Positions 24,399 to 39,018 are shown, counted from the stretch's first letter. The stretch is 64,000 nt of DNA from Gemmatimonadota bacterium (GCA_965116475.1 OZ220691.1:3040001-3104000); one strand, 5' to 3'. The notes: generated by a model from the letters alone, not told the origin. Program-made: numbers and translations.

Positions 24399-25208
24399 GT
24401 GACCTCCCCTCCGCTCGCGGGCCAGCATGTGCTGGTCACGCGGCCGGCCGGGCAGGCCGAGGGCTTCCGCGCCCTTCTGGAGGCTGCGGGGGCGACCGTG
24501 ACGACGGCGCCCACCATCCGTTTGATCCCGCCATCGGACCCGGGCGCGCTCGCACGGGCGGCAGCCCGGCTCGCCGAATACGACTGGATCGTGGCGACGA
24601 GCGTGAACGCCGTCCGCCGTCTGGCGGCCGCCGCGACGGAGGCGGACTCGATGGGTGCGCTGGCGACGGGCCGGCTCGCAGCCGTGGGTCCGGCGACTGC
24701 GGACGCGTTTGGCGGCCTCGGAGTGGCGGAGTGTCTCGTACCGCCGACCTATCGCGGCGAGGCGCTCGCGGACGAGATCGTGGCGGCGACCGGTGCGGGG
24801 CATCTTTCGGACGCGCGGATCCTGCTCGTGCAGGCCGAGCGGGCGCGTCCGGTGCTGCGGGAACGGCTGCTCGCCGCCGGAGCGCGGGTCGACGTCGCCC
24901 CGGCCTACGCGGTGGAGATCAACCGCCATGTGCGCGGCGCGCTCCGCGAGTTCATCGAACTGGGTCGCGGAGACTGGCTGACCTTTACGGCCTCATCGGC
25001 CGTCCACGCCTTCGTGGACCTCGTCGGCGCGCAGACCGGCGGCGCGCTCGTGGCCGCCATCAGTCCCGTGACCGCGGCGACGCTCTCCGGGTTCGGGCTG
25101 CCCGTGCAGGTCGTAGCGGCGACGCACTCGATGCCCGGGCTGGTGGAGGCGCTGGTTGCGTCCGCCGCCCGCCCCGGCCGCTTTGCCGCGACGCACGGCC
25201 ATGCCTGA
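24399..25208 (+). CDS. hemD: uroporphyrinogen-III synthase
   Basis: VLVTRP, WIVATSVNAV, AAVGPATA, TFTASSAV; GTG start inferred. Confidence 0.9.
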   Translation: MTSPPLAGQHVLVTRPAGQAEGFRALLEAAGATVTTAPTIRLIPPSDPGALARAAARLAEYDWIVATSVNAVRRLAAAATEADSMGALATGRLAAVGPATADAFGGLGVAECLVPPTYRGEALADEIVAATGAGHLSDARILLVQAERARPVLRERLLAAGARVDVAPAYAVEINRHVRGALREFIELGRGDWLTFTASSAVHAFVDLVGAQTGGALVAAISPVTAATLSGFGLPVQVVAATHSMPGLVEALVASAARPGRFAATHGHA

Positions 25209-26178
25209 ACCGTCGTTCCCCACCTCTCGTCCACGCCGCCTGCGCCGTACGGCTGCCCTGCGCGAACTGGTGCGGGAGACGCGGCTCGAGGCTTCCGATC
25301 TCGTCTACCCCATGTTCATCGATGACCGGGGAGCGCCGCGGCAGCCGATCCCGTCGATGCCGGGTATCGACCGCCTGAGTGTCGAGGCGGCCGTCGACGA
25401 AGCGGGCGCCGCGTTCGAGGAGGGGATACGGGCCATCCTTCTGTTCGGCCTGCCCGCGGGCAAGGATGCGCGGGGCTCGCGCGCGGACCGGCCGGACGGG
25501 GTGATCCAGCGCTCGTTGCGGGCGCTTCGCGGCGCGCTCCCCGACCTGGTCCTGATCACGGACGTCTGCCTGTGCGAATACACGGATCACGGCCACTGCG
25601 GCATCCTCGACGGCGACCGCGTCGCGAACGATCCGACGCTCGAGCGGCTCGCCGCCCAGGCCGTGAGTCACGGGGCCGCCGGGGCCGACATCGTCGCGCC
25701 ATCGGACATGATGGACGGCCGGGTCGGAGCGATTCGCGCCTCGCTTGACGACGCGCAGCTCGAGAACGTGGCTATCCTGTCCTACGCCGCGAAGTATGCG
25801 AGCGCCTTCTACGGCCCTTTCCGGGACGCGGCGGACTCCGCCCCCGCCTTCGGGGATCGGCGGGGGTATCAGATGGACGTGCGGAACTCGGATGAGGCGA
25901 TCCGCGAAGTCCGTTTCGACATCGGCGAAGGGGCGGATCTGGTCATGGTGAAGCCGGCGCTGCCGAATCTCGACGTCCTCCGACGGGTGAAGGATGAGTT
26001 CCGGATGCCGACCGCCGCGTATCAGGTGAGCGGGGAATACGCGATGATCGAAGCCGCGGGCGCCAACGGTTGGCTCGACGCGGAAGCGGCCAGCCTGGAA
26101 GCGGTCCATGCCATCCGGCGGGCGGGGGCGGACCTCGTCGTAACCTATGCCGCACGGCGCCTCGCGCGTGCGCTCTAG
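25201..26178 (+). CDS. hemB: porphobilinogen synthase (Zn-type)
   Basis: RPRRLRR, DVCLCEYTDHGHCG, APSDMMDGRV, MVKPA. Confidence 0.98.
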   Translation: MPEPSFPTSRPRRLRRTAALRELVRETRLEASDLVYPMFIDDRGAPRQPIPSMPGIDRLSVEAAVDEAGAAFEEGIRAILLFGLPAGKDARGSRADRPDGVIQRSLRALRGALPDLVLITDVCLCEYTDHGHCGILDGDRVANDPTLERLAAQAVSHGAAGADIVAPSDMMDGRVGAIRASLDDAQLENVAILSYAAKYASAFYGPFRDAADSAPAFGDRRGYQMDVRNSDEAIREVRFDIGEGADLVMVKPALPNLDVLRRVKDEFRMPTAAYQVSGEYAMIEAAGANGWLDAEAASLEAVHAIRRAGADLVVTYAARRLARAL

Positions 26179-26184
26179 TGTCCG

Positions 26185-27147
26185 GTGAGGGTCCTGGTGA
26201 CGGGCGGCGACGGGTTCATCGGACAGCACCTGGTCGAGCATCTGCTGGGCCGCGGACACCAGGTCACGGCGACGATGCTCGGGGAAGTTCCCTCCGACGG
26301 GACGCTGTCCCCGCCCGCCCGCGCGGCGGTCGAATGGACACGGCTCGATGTGCGAGACACCGACGCCGTCGCCGCGGTCGTGAGCGCGGCCCGTCCGCGG
26401 CGGATCTTCCACCTTGCGGGCTTCTCGTCGGGGGCCGAGGCCAGCCGGCGGTCCCACGACGCTCTCGCGGTGAACGGAGCGGGCACGCTGAGCCTCGTCG
26501 AAGCCGTCGCGCGGGTCTCCGCCGACGTGCAGGCCGTGGTCGTGGCGGGTTCCGCCGACTCGTACGGCCGCGGCCGTGGCGGACCGATGGGAGAGCGCAC
26601 GCCGCTTCGGCCGCTGAGCGTGTACGGTGCCACGAAGGCCGCCCAGGACGTGCTCGCCCGCGGAGTCGGCGCGGCTCTGGGCGTACCGGTGGTCGTCGCG
26701 CGGCTCTTTCCGCTCCTCGGACCCGGACAGCGCCCCGTGTTCGCGCTGCCGAGCTTCTGCCGCCGCGCCCTCGCGATTCGGCGCGGGACGAGGGAGCCGC
26801 GGCTCTCCGTGGGCAATCTCGACGTGGCGCGCGACTTCACGGACGTACGCGACGGGGTCCGCGCGCTCGCGGACATCGCCGACCTCGACGGAACCCGCCA
26901 TATGGCGTACAACGTGTGCTCCGGGGTCGCGACGAAGATCCGCCGCCTGCTCGACTGGGTCGTCGAGAGGGCGGAGATCGAGCCCGAGATCGTGCGCGAT
27001 CCGGCCCTTGTGCGGCGCGGAGAGCCTGAAGTCGTGGTCGGTGATCCCGCGCGGCTGCGGGCCGCAACCGGGTGGCGCGCGGAACGCGACCTGCGCGCCT
27101 GCGCACACGCCACCATGGACTGGATCGCGGGTGCCGACGCCGCCTGA
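26185..27147 (+). CDS. NDP-sugar SDR, GDP-4-keto-6-deoxymannose reductase (Rmd)/GMD-like
   Basis: VTGGDGFIG, YGATK, GPGQ, VGNLDVARDFTDVRD. Confidence 0.8.
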   Translation: MRVLVTGGDGFIGQHLVEHLLGRGHQVTATMLGEVPSDGTLSPPARAAVEWTRLDVRDTDAVAAVVSAARPRRIFHLAGFSSGAEASRRSHDALAVNGAGTLSLVEAVARVSADVQAVVVAGSADSYGRGRGGPMGERTPLRPLSVYGATKAAQDVLARGVGAALGVPVVVARLFPLLGPGQRPVFALPSFCRRALAIRRGTREPRLSVGNLDVARDFTDVRDGVRALADIADLDGTRHMAYNVCSGVATKIRRLLDWVVERAEIEPEIVRDPALVRRGEPEVVVGDPARLRAATGWRAERDLRACAHATMDWIAGADAA

Positions 27148-27197
27148 TGGTCGAGCCGCGACGCCGGGCCCCTGAACCAGGAGCGACAGAGACCTCG

Positions 27198-28526
27198 ATG
27201 GAAATCACGGTGATTGGCGCCGGATACGTCGGACTCGTGGCGGGATCCTGCCTGGCCGGGTCCGGGAACCGGGTCACCTGCGCCGATGTCGACGAAGAGA
27301 AGATCCGGCGTCTGAACTCCGGAGATGTCCCCATCTACGAGCCCGGCATCGAGCGCCTGATATCGGAGGGCCTCGCCGCCGGACGACTACGATTCACGAC
27401 GGACGCGGCCGAGGGCATCCGGAGGGCCGATGTCATCTTCGTCGCCGTAGGTACGCCGCCCGGTCAGGACGGGCAGGCGGATGTCGACTTCGTGCTGGAC
27501 GCGGCGCGCACGATCGGAGACCACCTGCGCCCCGATGCGGTCGTCGTCATGAAAAGCACCGTACCCGTCGGGACGAACGACATCGTGCGGGCCGAGATCG
27601 CTCGACGGACCGATCTGCCCTTCCACATGTGCTCCAACCCCGAGTTCCTCAAGGAAGGGGACGCGGTCGCGGACTTCCTCTACCCCGACCGGGTCGTCTG
27701 CGGCGTGGACTCGGACCGCGCCCGGCGGTGCATGGAGGAACTGTACGAGCCCTTCATCCGCTCGGGGAACCCGCTGATCTTCATGGACATCGCCTCGGCC
27801 GAACTGACCAAGTACGCCGCCAACGCGATGCTCGCCGCGCGGATCGGCATGATGAACCAGTTCGCCGAACTCTGCGAGCGGACCGGAGCCGACATCGAGC
27901 GCGTCCGCCGCGGCGTGGGTTCGGACCCTCGCATCGGATCGGCCTTTCTCTATGCCGGCACAGGGTACGGCGGCAGCTGTCTCCCCAAGGATGTGCGGGC
28001 GATCATCCGCTCCGCGCGAGAGCACGGCGTCGACCTCGACATCCTGCGGTCCGTGGACGGGGCGAACGACCGCCAGACCACCGTCCTCGTGCGGAAGATC
28101 CGGAAGCGGTTCGGCGACGATCTCACGGGGCTGCGCTTCGCGCTCTGGGGGCTGGCGTTCAAGCCGCGCACGGACGACATGCGCGAGGCGCCCTCCCGCG
28201 CGATCGCCGAGGCGCTGCGTGAACGGGGGGCGTCGGTCGTGGCGCACGACCCCGCCGCCATGGAGCCGTCGCGCGAGTTCCATCTCGGGGACACCGTGGA
28301 CTACGCCGCGAACGAGTACGAGGCGCTCGACGGGGCTGACGCGCTCGTCGTGGTGACGGAGTGGCTCCAGTACCGGCGTCCCGACTGGTCGCAACTCGCG
28401 CGGCGCATGGCCCGCCCCATCGTGTTTGACGGGCGCAACGTGTTCGAGCCGGACCGCATGGCGTCGCGGGGGTTCGAGCACTACCCGGTCGGGCGCCGGC
28501 AGACCGGCCCGGCGGAGACCGCGTGA
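27198..28526 (+). CDS. ugd: UDP-glucose 6-dehydrogenase
   Basis: [44 protein letters not shown]. Confidence 0.95.
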   Translation: MEITVIGAGYVGLVAGSCLAGSGNRVTCADVDEEKIRRLNSGDVPIYEPGIERLISEGLAAGRLRFTTDAAEGIRRADVIFVAVGTPPGQDGQADVDFVLDAARTIGDHLRPDAVVVMKSTVPVGTNDIVRAEIARRTDLPFHMCSNPEFLKEGDAVADFLYPDRVVCGVDSDRARRCMEELYEPFIRSGNPLIFMDIASAELTKYAANAMLAARIGMMNQFAELCERTGADIERVRRGVGSDPRIGSAFLYAGTGYGGSCLPKDVRAIIRSAREHGVDLDILRSVDGANDRQTTVLVRKIRKRFGDDLTGLRFALWGLAFKPRTDDMREAPSRAIAEALRERGASVVAHDPAAMEPSREFHLGDTVDYAANEYEALDGADALVVVTEWLQYRRPDWSQLARRMARPIVFDGRNVFEPDRMASRGFEHYPVGRRQTGPAETA

Positions 28527-29482
28527 GGCTCGTCGTCACCGGCGCCGCCGGCTTCCTCGGTTCGCACCTCACCGACCGCCTTCTCGCCGAGGGGCACTCG
28601 GTCGTCGGGATCGACAGCCTGATCACGGGGACGCGGCGGAACCTCGCCCACCTGCGGGACGAGCCGAGGTTCGCGTTTCTCGAGCGGGACGTGTCGGAGC
28701 CCATCGAGGTCGAGGGGGAGGTCGACGGCGTTTTCCACTTCGCCTCGCCGGCGAGCCCGGTCGACTACCTTCGATACCCGATCGAGACGCTGAAGGCGGG
28801 CGCCCTCGGCACGCGCAATGCCCTGGGTCTGGCCCGGGCGCGCGGCTCCCGGCTGCTGCTCGCGTCCACGTCGGAAGTCTACGGAGATCCGCTCGTCCAT
28901 CCTCAACCCGAAACGTACTGGGGCAACGTGAACCCGGTCGGCCCGCGCTCCGTGTACGACGAGGCCAAGCGCTTCGCCGAGGCCCTCACGATGGCTTACC
29001 ATCGCGAGCACGGCGCGGACACGCGCATCGTGCGAATCTTCAACACCTACGGCCCGCGCATGCGTCCGGACGATGGCCGTGTCGTCTCGAATTTCGTCGT
29101 CCAGGCGCTCCGGGGGGAGCCGCTCACCGTCTACGGCGACGGCTCCCAGTCAAGGAGCTTCTGTTACGTGTCCGACCTGGTGGAGGGGATCTGGCGACTC
29201 TTCAACGCGGACATCCACGAGCCGGTCAACCTGGGCAATCCCGGCGAGTATACGATCCGTGCGCTGTCCGACCTCGTGCTCGCAACCACGGGGTCCGCGT
29301 CCACCGTCGAGGTGCGTCCGCTGCCCATGGACGACCCGAGGATGCGCTCTCCGGACATCTCTCTCGCCTCCGCGCGGCTGGACTGGACGCCCCGCATCCC
29401 GCTCGAGGTGGGGCTGAGACGGACGGTAGAGTATTTTCGGGAGATACAGTCGCCCGGCCGGCCCGGGGCAACTCGCAAATGA
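28523..29482 (+). CDS. UDP-glucuronate decarboxylase (UDP-xylose synthase) family SDR
   Basis: [53 protein letters not shown]. Confidence 0.92.
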   Translation: MRLVVTGAAGFLGSHLTDRLLAEGHSVVGIDSLITGTRRNLAHLRDEPRFAFLERDVSEPIEVEGEVDGVFHFASPASPVDYLRYPIETLKAGALGTRNALGLARARGSRLLLASTSEVYGDPLVHPQPETYWGNVNPVGPRSVYDEAKRFAEALTMAYHREHGADTRIVRIFNTYGPRMRPDDGRVVSNFVVQALRGEPLTVYGDGSQSRSFCYVSDLVEGIWRLFNADIHEPVNLGNPGEYTIRALSDLVLATTGSASTVEVRPLPMDDPRMRSPDISLASARLDWTPRIPLEVGLRRTVEYFREIQSPGRPGATRK

Positions 29483-30288
29483 CGGCACGGGGGGGAGACG
29501 GGGAGGAGATGGGGCGAGCCCGGGTCTCGGTGGTCATGCCCGTGTACAACGAGGAAGCGACGCTCGAGGCCATCGTCCGGCGCGTGAAGAAGGTGGCCCC
29601 GGACGTGGAACTTGTCGCGGTCGACGACGGCTCGGCCGACGCCTCCGGGTCGATCCTGATCCGGCTGGAAGCGGAAGGGCTGGTCGACCGGATCTTCGTT
29701 CACGAGCGGAACCGGGGGAAGGGCGCCGCGCTCTCAACCGGGTTCCGGGGTGTCAGCGGGGATATCGTCATTGTCCAGGACGCGGACCTCGAATACGACC
29801 CCGCCGAGTATCCGCGCCTCCTGGAGCCGATCCTCGCCGGCCGGGCGGATGTCGTCTACGGGTCGCGATTCATGGGCGGCCAGCCGCACCGCGTCCTCTA
29901 CTACTGGCACTACGTGGGGAACCGGTGGCTGACTCGGCTGTCGAACATGGTGACGAACCTCAACCTCACGGACATGGAGACATGCTACAAGTGCTTCCGC
30001 CGCGAAGTGATCGAGCAGCTCACGATCGAGGAGCGGGCCTTCGGCGTCGAGCCGGAAATCACGGCGAAGATCGCCAGGGGCGGCTGGCGCGTGTATGAGG
30101 TGGGGATCTCGTACGCCGGTCGTACGTATGCCGAGGGGAAGAAGATCGGGTGGCGGGATGGCGTTTCCGCGTTGCGCTGTATCTTGCTGTATGGCCTCGT
30201 GCGGCGCTGGACGCGCAGGGGCGGGCCGCGGGCCTCGCGTCAGGCAACGAACGGCCTCCGCGGCGGCGTCGAAAGCGGGGAGGGTTGA
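29479..30288 (+). CDS. glycosyltransferase family 2 (DPM1/ArnC-like)
   Basis: [36 protein letters not shown]; alternative start at 29509 behind GGAGG. Confidence 0.92.
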   Translation: MTARGGDGEEMGRARVSVVMPVYNEEATLEAIVRRVKKVAPDVELVAVDDGSADASGSILIRLEAEGLVDRIFVHERNRGKGAALSTGFRGVSGDIVIVQDADLEYDPAEYPRLLEPILAGRADVVYGSRFMGGQPHRVLYYWHYVGNRWLTRLSNMVTNLNLTDMETCYKCFRREVIEQLTIEERAFGVEPEITAKIARGGWRVYEVGISYAGRTYAEGKKIGWRDGVSALRCILLYGLVRRWTRRGGPRASRQATNGLRGGVESGEG

Positions 30289-30289
30289 G

Positions 30290-31243
30290 ATGTCAGGGGT
30301 GCGAAGGCCGTCGGGGGCGCCGATGATGACCGTCCGACAGTGGATCGTGCAGGGGATCGCCGGGGTCCTCGCGGCGTTTGCGCTTGCGGCGTGCGAGGAT
30401 CCGGTGGACCGGTCCGTCGTGCGCGGGGATCGATACCTGGCCGTCGGGGATACGGACGAGGCGATCGCGGAGTATCTCCTCGCCCGGCGCGTCAGCGGGG
30501 ACACGGACGACCTTCTCCTCCGGCTCGGGCATGCCTACGCCGTGCGCGGCGATGTCGACGAGGCGCTCACCGTCTACGAGACGCTTGCGGAGCGCGACCC
30601 CCGGCTGCGGCATCAGGCGGCCGCCTCCCTGGCCGGGCTCGCGTGGTCCGCGCGGGATCGGGGCGCGACGGAGAACATGTCGCGCGCGCTCCAGCCCCTC
30701 GTCGAGTGGGGATTGGGCTATCTTCCCGCCGACCTTCAGCGCTCGCTGGCCGCGCATCATGCGGCCGAGGGCGACTACGCCCGCACCCTCTCGCTGCGCC
30801 TGGCGCTCCTCGCCGGGGAAGGCGATCCGGAGCCGGCGGTGCTGTACGACGTCGGCCTCGCATATGAACAGCTCGGCGCGTGCACTCGCGCGCTGCCCTT
30901 CTATCGGGATTTCCTCGAAGCGATGGAGGAAAGCCGCTCGAATCCGGAGGACGCCCGCTACCGCTACGGGAACTGTCTCTACGTGTCCGCCGATGAAGAC
31001 CGAGCCGAAGGCCGGCCGGCCGCCGCCCTCGAGAAGCTGGCCGAAATGGTCGAACTCGGTGAGCCGAGGACCCACATGGTCGAGGCGCACTTCCTCATCG
31101 GCGAACTTCACCTCGCGCTCGGCGAGACGGACGACGCTCTCGTCAACTACGCCCGCGTACTGGAACTCAACCCGACGCGTACACACGCTCTGGTCCGGCG
31201 TGCGGAGGAGCGGATCCGACAGATCCGCTTCGGCTTCGAATGA
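30290..31243 (+). CDS. tetratricopeptide-repeat lipoprotein
   Basis: Signal peptide with lipobox LAAC; TPR-like helices (RLGHAY, YDVGLAY, HFLIGELH); start may be at 30323. Confidence 0.82.
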   Translation: MSGVRRPSGAPMMTVRQWIVQGIAGVLAAFALAACEDPVDRSVVRGDRYLAVGDTDEAIAEYLLARRVSGDTDDLLLRLGHAYAVRGDVDEALTVYETLAERDPRLRHQAAASLAGLAWSARDRGATENMSRALQPLVEWGLGYLPADLQRSLAAHHAAEGDYARTLSLRLALLAGEGDPEPAVLYDVGLAYEQLGACTRALPFYRDFLEAMEESRSNPEDARYRYGNCLYVSADEDRAEGRPAAALEKLAEMVELGEPRTHMVEAHFLIGELHLALGETDDALVNYARVLELNPTRTHALVRRAEERIRQIRFGFE

Positions 31244-32046
31244 TGCGACCCGCCGGGTCGGCGTCTCGCGACGCGCGCTGCCGGGTACTCGCGGCCGCGG
31301 TCTTCATCCTCGGCGGCTGTTCGAGTTCCGGCCCCCCGGGCGACCTCGAGCCACCGGATCTGTTCCAGTGGGCGCAGGATCGGTTCGACGCCGAGGAATA
31401 CCGCCGGGCGGCCGATGGATTCCTCGCCTTCATGATCCGCGATCCCCTCAATCCGCTCGTCGACAGCGCGCAATACCTCGCAGCCGAAGGCCAGCTCCGG
31501 GGGGGCAACGAACTCGGCGCCGTGGAGGAGTTCCGGCGCATGGCCACGAACCGGCCCAACAGTCCGCTCGCGGACGACGCGCAGCTGGGGCTGTGCCGCG
31601 CCTACCTCGCGGCCTCGCCCCGGGTCACCCTCTCGCAGGAGTTCACCCGGCGGGCCATCGATGAATGCGAGCGGCTGCTGCAGTTCTTCCCGACGACCCC
31701 CCACCGCGAGCTGGCCGAAAACCTGATGGCGGACGCGCGGGCGAAGCTGGCCGAGCAGAGCTACGAGATCGGGAAGTACTACCAGGATCGCATGCGACTG
31801 CCGGAATCCGCGATCGTCTACTTCGAAAAATCGCTCGCCGAGGAGCCGACCGCGGCGTTCCTCCCGGATCTGCTGTTGCGGTTGTACCGCAGTTACGATC
31901 TCGTGGGATACGAAACCGAGGCCGGTGCCGTCCGGGACCGGCTGCTGTCGGAGCATCCCGATTCGGAGCAAGCGCGGCTGCTCGTGGCGGAGGAAGACCC
32001 GGCGGCGCACGAGGATTCGGCGGGGGATGTCGGATCCCGCCGCTGA
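31240..32046 (+). CDS. bamD: outer membrane protein assembly factor BamD-like lipoprotein
   Basis: Lipobox LGGC, PNSPLADDAQ, QEFTRRAI, KLAEQSYEIGKYY. Confidence 0.85.
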   Translation: MMRPAGSASRDARCRVLAAAVFILGGCSSSGPPGDLEPPDLFQWAQDRFDAEEYRRAADGFLAFMIRDPLNPLVDSAQYLAAEGQLRGGNELGAVEEFRRMATNRPNSPLADDAQLGLCRAYLAASPRVTLSQEFTRRAIDECERLLQFFPTTPHRELAENLMADARAKLAEQSYEIGKYYQDRMRLPESAIVYFEKSLAEEPTAAFLPDLLLRLYRSYDLVGYETEAGAVRDRLLSEHPDSEQARLLVAEEDPAAHEDSAGDVGSRR

Positions 32047-32656
32047 AGCCCCGGTGTACGGCCGACGGACGGGTATCCTCGGGGGGAGCTTCGACCCCCC
32101 GCACCTGGGCCACGTCTCCGTGGCGGGCGAGCTCATCGAAGCGCTGCACCTGGATCGGCTGCTCGTGATTCCCGCGCGCGATCCGCCGCACCGCGAGGTC
32201 ACGCTCCCCGCGAAGGTGCGCCTCGACTTCACGCGCCGGGCTTTCGCGGACATGCCCGGCATCGAGGTCAGCCCGATCGAGATCGAGCGGGCCGGCCCCT
32301 CCTACACGGTGGACACGCTGGAGGCCCTCGCGCGGCGCTTCCCCTCCGACCGGCTCGTCCTCGCGATGGGCGCGGATCAGTTCGCGGCGATCCACCGCTG
32401 GAAACGCTGGCGCCGGCTGCCGGAACTGGCGCGCATCGCGGTGATGCCGCGGGAGGGCCGGGAGCCCGCACCCTCCCCGGAATCGATGCCGATCGAGTAT
32501 GTTGTGGCCAGCGTCAAGCGAGTGGATATCTCGGCGAGCCGGATCCGGCAGCGCCTCGAGGAGGGGCATTCGGTCCACCTTCTCGTCCCGGAAACGATCC
32601 GACACCATGTCGAGCGCGCCTGGGCCGGACGCCGCGCGCGCCATGTAACCCAGTGA
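32027..32656 (+). CDS. nadD: nicotinate-nucleotide adenylyltransferase
   Basis: GILGGSFDPPHLGH, SYTVDTL, MGAD, ISASRIR. Confidence 0.95.
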   Translation: MSDPAAEAPVYGRRTGILGGSFDPPHLGHVSVAGELIEALHLDRLLVIPARDPPHREVTLPAKVRLDFTRRAFADMPGIEVSPIEIERAGPSYTVDTLEALARRFPSDRLVLAMGADQFAAIHRWKRWRRLPELARIAVMPREGREPAPSPESMPIEYVVASVKRVDISASRIRQRLEEGHSVHLLVPETIRHHVERAWAGRRARHVTQ

Positions 32657-32663
32657 GCCCCGG

Positions 32664-36031
<3,368 letters not shown>

Positions 36032-36035
<4 letters not shown>

Positions 36036-36529
36036 GCCCGTCGCTGGCGAGACGGACCACGCCGCCGGCCGCCCGTCCTCGCGCCATACCCATCGCCGCG
36101 GCGCTGCTCGCGTCGGGATGCGGCGGAGGGGGGGAGCCCGCGGACGCGGCGGCGGCCCCGGCCCGCGCGGCCGTCGTGCCGGAAGCGGTCGATTCCGCCT
36201 CGGAGCCGGACCTGTCGGCCGTATACGCGGCCGACGCCGTCGATGTGGCCTTGCTGGAGTACGCGATCGGCATGCCGTCGCGGCTGCCGGCGGGCCCCAC
36301 GGTGCTCCGCCTCAGCAACCAGGGGTTCGAGATGCACAACCTCAAGCTCGTGGATCCCGCGAGCGGGGAGGTTCTCTGGGAGACGGAGGCGGATGTGAAC
36401 ACCGGAGAGGTTCGTCTCGTCGAACTCGATCTCTTGCCCGGGAGCTACACCGTCGTGTGCGACGTGGCCGGCCACGACAGCCGCGGGATGCTCATGACGC
36501 TCACCGTGGAGGCATCACCGGTCCCCTGA
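36032..36529 (+). CDS. cupredoxin (type 1 copper) lipoprotein
   Basis: Lipobox LASGC; MHNL and YTVVCDVAGHDSRGM give the H..C..H..M ligand set; start uncertain (CTG at 36032 proposed). Confidence 0.72.
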
Positions 36530-36634
36530 CCAACCCCCCTGACCGCTCGGCCAACCTTGAGGCCCGCCACGGGCTGCCGGCGGGCTGCCCAACCGGAAGG
36601 AGCGACCGGCTTGTACCTGCGATACGTGCCCCCG

Positions 36635-37795
36635 ATGGGGATCTACGAGACCCTTTACGCCTTTCTCGGGGCGTTCGGTACCTACATGGGCGAGCCCGGC
36701 ACGAACCCGTGGAGCCAGGGCTTCCCGCGGACGGTCGCCCTGCCGGACGGCCCCGCGCTTCCGTCGACCGTGACGGTGACCGCCGAGCACCGCAAGTATC
36801 CGAAGGCGTGGGGGCTCCCGGCGCTGAGGGAGGCGATCGCCGCCTACTACCGGCAGTCGTACGGCGTCGAGATCACGGCGGAAAACGTGATGGTGTTCGC
36901 GGGCGGGCGTCCCGCGATCATGGCGCTCCTTCTCTTCCTCGAACCCGACATCGAGGTCCGCCTCGCCTCCACGGAATACACCCCGTACTACGATGTCCTC
37001 GAGGGGCTGCGGCGCCCCTATCACCTCGTGCACAGTGGCGTGGACAACGGGTTCCGGCCCCCGGTGTCGGCCTATACGGCTCCGCGGGACGGGCGCACCC
37101 TGATGCTGCTTAGCAATCCGTGCAATCCGACCGGCGTGACGCGGACGGGGGAGGAACTGGCGGCGCTCGTGGCCGCCAGCGCGCAGGACGGCCTGGGGCT
37201 TCTCGTCGACGAGGCGTATGAGCTTCTGCACGACGAGCCGGTGAGTGCCCTCGCGCACGTCGACGACATCGAGCGCGGCAACCTGTTCGTCGTCGGCGCC
37301 GCCACGAAGGGCCTGCAGGCGCCCGGCATCCGCATCGGGTGGGCCGTGGCGGCGAAGCGGCACATCGAGATCCTCGCGAACTTCTCCTCGTTCGGGATGG
37401 GCGGCGTGTCCCACCCGTCGCAGTGCTACGCGGTCGAACTCCTGGACCCCGAGCGCATGCTCCACGTCCGGACGGCCGTCCCCGCCTTCTACGCCATGCA
37501 GCGCGAGCGCTACGGCCGGGCCTTCGAGGACCTCGGCCTCGAACTGTTCTCGGGAGATGGCGGCTTCTACCACTGGTGCCGGCTCCCGAACGGCTGGACC
37601 GCCCAGCGGCTGAACGAGCGCCTCTTCACGCGCGGCGCCGCGATCCTCAAGGGCACCGACTGCGACATGGCGCGCCTCGGCGACGACTCGCCGCTGTCGA
37701 GCTTCTTCCGCTTCTCCTTCGGCCCTCTTGCCCCGGAGTCGTTCGAGGCGGACATCGCCCTCCTTGGCGAGACCCTGCGCGAGATGCGATCCTGA
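36635..37795 (+). CDS. PLP-dependent aminotransferase class I/II
   Basis: SNPCNPTG, VDEAY, ATKGLQAPGIRIGW. Confidence 0.9.
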   Translation: MGIYETLYAFLGAFGTYMGEPGTNPWSQGFPRTVALPDGPALPSTVTVTAEHRKYPKAWGLPALREAIAAYYRQSYGVEITAENVMVFAGGRPAIMALLLFLEPDIEVRLASTEYTPYYDVLEGLRRPYHLVHSGVDNGFRPPVSAYTAPRDGRTLMLLSNPCNPTGVTRTGEELAALVAASAQDGLGLLVDEAYELLHDEPVSALAHVDDIERGNLFVVGAATKGLQAPGIRIGWAVAAKRHIEILANFSSFGMGGVSHPSQCYAVELLDPERMLHVRTAVPAFYAMQRERYGRAFEDLGLELFSGDGGFYHWCRLPNGWTAQRLNERLFTRGAAILKGTDCDMARLGDDSPLSSFFRFSFGPLAPESFEADIALLGETLREMRS

Positions 37796-37827
37796 GAGCG
37801 CGACGACCGGAAACAGGAGGACGTTCG

Positions 37828-38955
37828 ATGGCGATGACGCGACGTGCATTCGCGGGGACCTCGCTCGCGGCGGCGGGGGCGGCGGCGCTGCCCGCCGCGG
37901 GGGCTGCGGCACGCACCCGTGAGACCCGACCCTCGACCGATTCCGAAGGCACCGGGCGGGCGGCCCGGGCCGGGCGGCTGCTCATCCTGGGCGGCACCGG
38001 CTTCATCGGCCCGCACATGGTGCGCCACGCCCTCGCGCGGGGACACGAGGTCACGCTCTTCAACCGCGGACGCTCGAACCCCGGTCTCTTCCCCGGCGTC
38101 GAAACCCTCATCGGGGACCGCGACGGGGCGCTCGACGCGCTGCGCGGGAAGGAATGGGACTACGTCATCGACAACAGCGGCTACGTCCCCCGCCTCGTGC
38201 GCGACTCGGCGAACCTCCTTCGCGACACCGTTGGCCGATACCTGTTCACCTCGACCGGCTCCGTGTACGACTTCGATCAGGACGAACTGCCGGAAGATGC
38301 CCGGCTGCTCGAGGTGACCGACCCCGAGAGCGAGGATGTGGGACGCTACTACGGAGAGTTGAAGGTGATGTGTGAGGAGGCGGTGCAGGAGGTCTACGGC
38401 GACCGCGGCACCGTCACCCGCCTGCACGTCGTCGCGGGCCCGGGGGATCCCACCGACCGGTTCACGTACTGGCCCGCCCGGATCCATCACGGCGGCGAGG
38501 TGATCGCGCCGGGCGACATGGACAACCCGGTGCAGTTCATAGACGTGCGGGATCTGGCCGAGTTCTGCATGCACCTGCTGGAGCAGGACACCGGCGGAAT
38601 CTTCAACGTGGCGGGCCCGACGCTCGACAGGACCCGCATGGACGAGTTCCTGTACGGGATCCGCGCGACCGTCTCGACGCCCGTGTCGTTCACCTGGGTG
38701 GACGAGGATTTCCTCCGGAACCGCGAGCCGCCCGCGCGCTTCCCCCTCTGGTACTCGCACCGCGGCCCCACCCGGGGACTGGCGCAGGTCCGCTCGCACC
38801 GGGGGGTCGAGGCCGGGCTGCGCTTCCGCCCCCTCGCCGTGACCGCGCGCGAGACGCTCGACTGGTTCCTGGGCGAACCCGAGGAACGCCTGGCGCAACT
38901 CCAACTGAACCTCGACCGCGATGCTGACCTGCTCCAGGAGTGGAAGAGCCGATAA
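37828..38955 (+). CDS. Tat-signal NAD(P)-dependent epimerase/dehydratase family SDR
   Basis: MTRRAF twin-arginine signal; LILGGTGFIG, TLFNRG, YGELK; RBS AGGAGG. Confidence 0.88.
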   Translation: MAMTRRAFAGTSLAAAGAAALPAAGAAARTRETRPSTDSEGTGRAARAGRLLILGGTGFIGPHMVRHALARGHEVTLFNRGRSNPGLFPGVETLIGDRDGALDALRGKEWDYVIDNSGYVPRLVRDSANLLRDTVGRYLFTSTGSVYDFDQDELPEDARLLEVTDPESEDVGRYYGELKVMCEEAVQEVYGDRGTVTRLHVVAGPGDPTDRFTYWPARIHHGGEVIAPGDMDNPVQFIDVRDLAEFCMHLLEQDTGGIFNVAGPTLDRTRMDEFLYGIRATVSTPVSFTWVDEDFLRNREPPARFPLWYSHRGPTRGLAQVRSHRGVEAGLRFRPLAVTARETLDWFLGEPEERLAQLQLNLDRDADLLQEWKSR

Positions 38956-38989
38956 GTAGCACTTGAGGCCGTCGGTCCGCGGATCGCGC

Positions 38990-39018
38990 TTGTACCGGGT
39001 GATAGCAGTTGCTATCAT
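38990..39018 (+). promoter_or_regulatory. TA promoter with overlapping palindromic operator
   Basis: TTGTAC, 17-nt spacer, TATCAT; perfect inverted repeat TGATAGCA-GT-TGCTATCA at 39000-39017. Confidence 0.75.
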
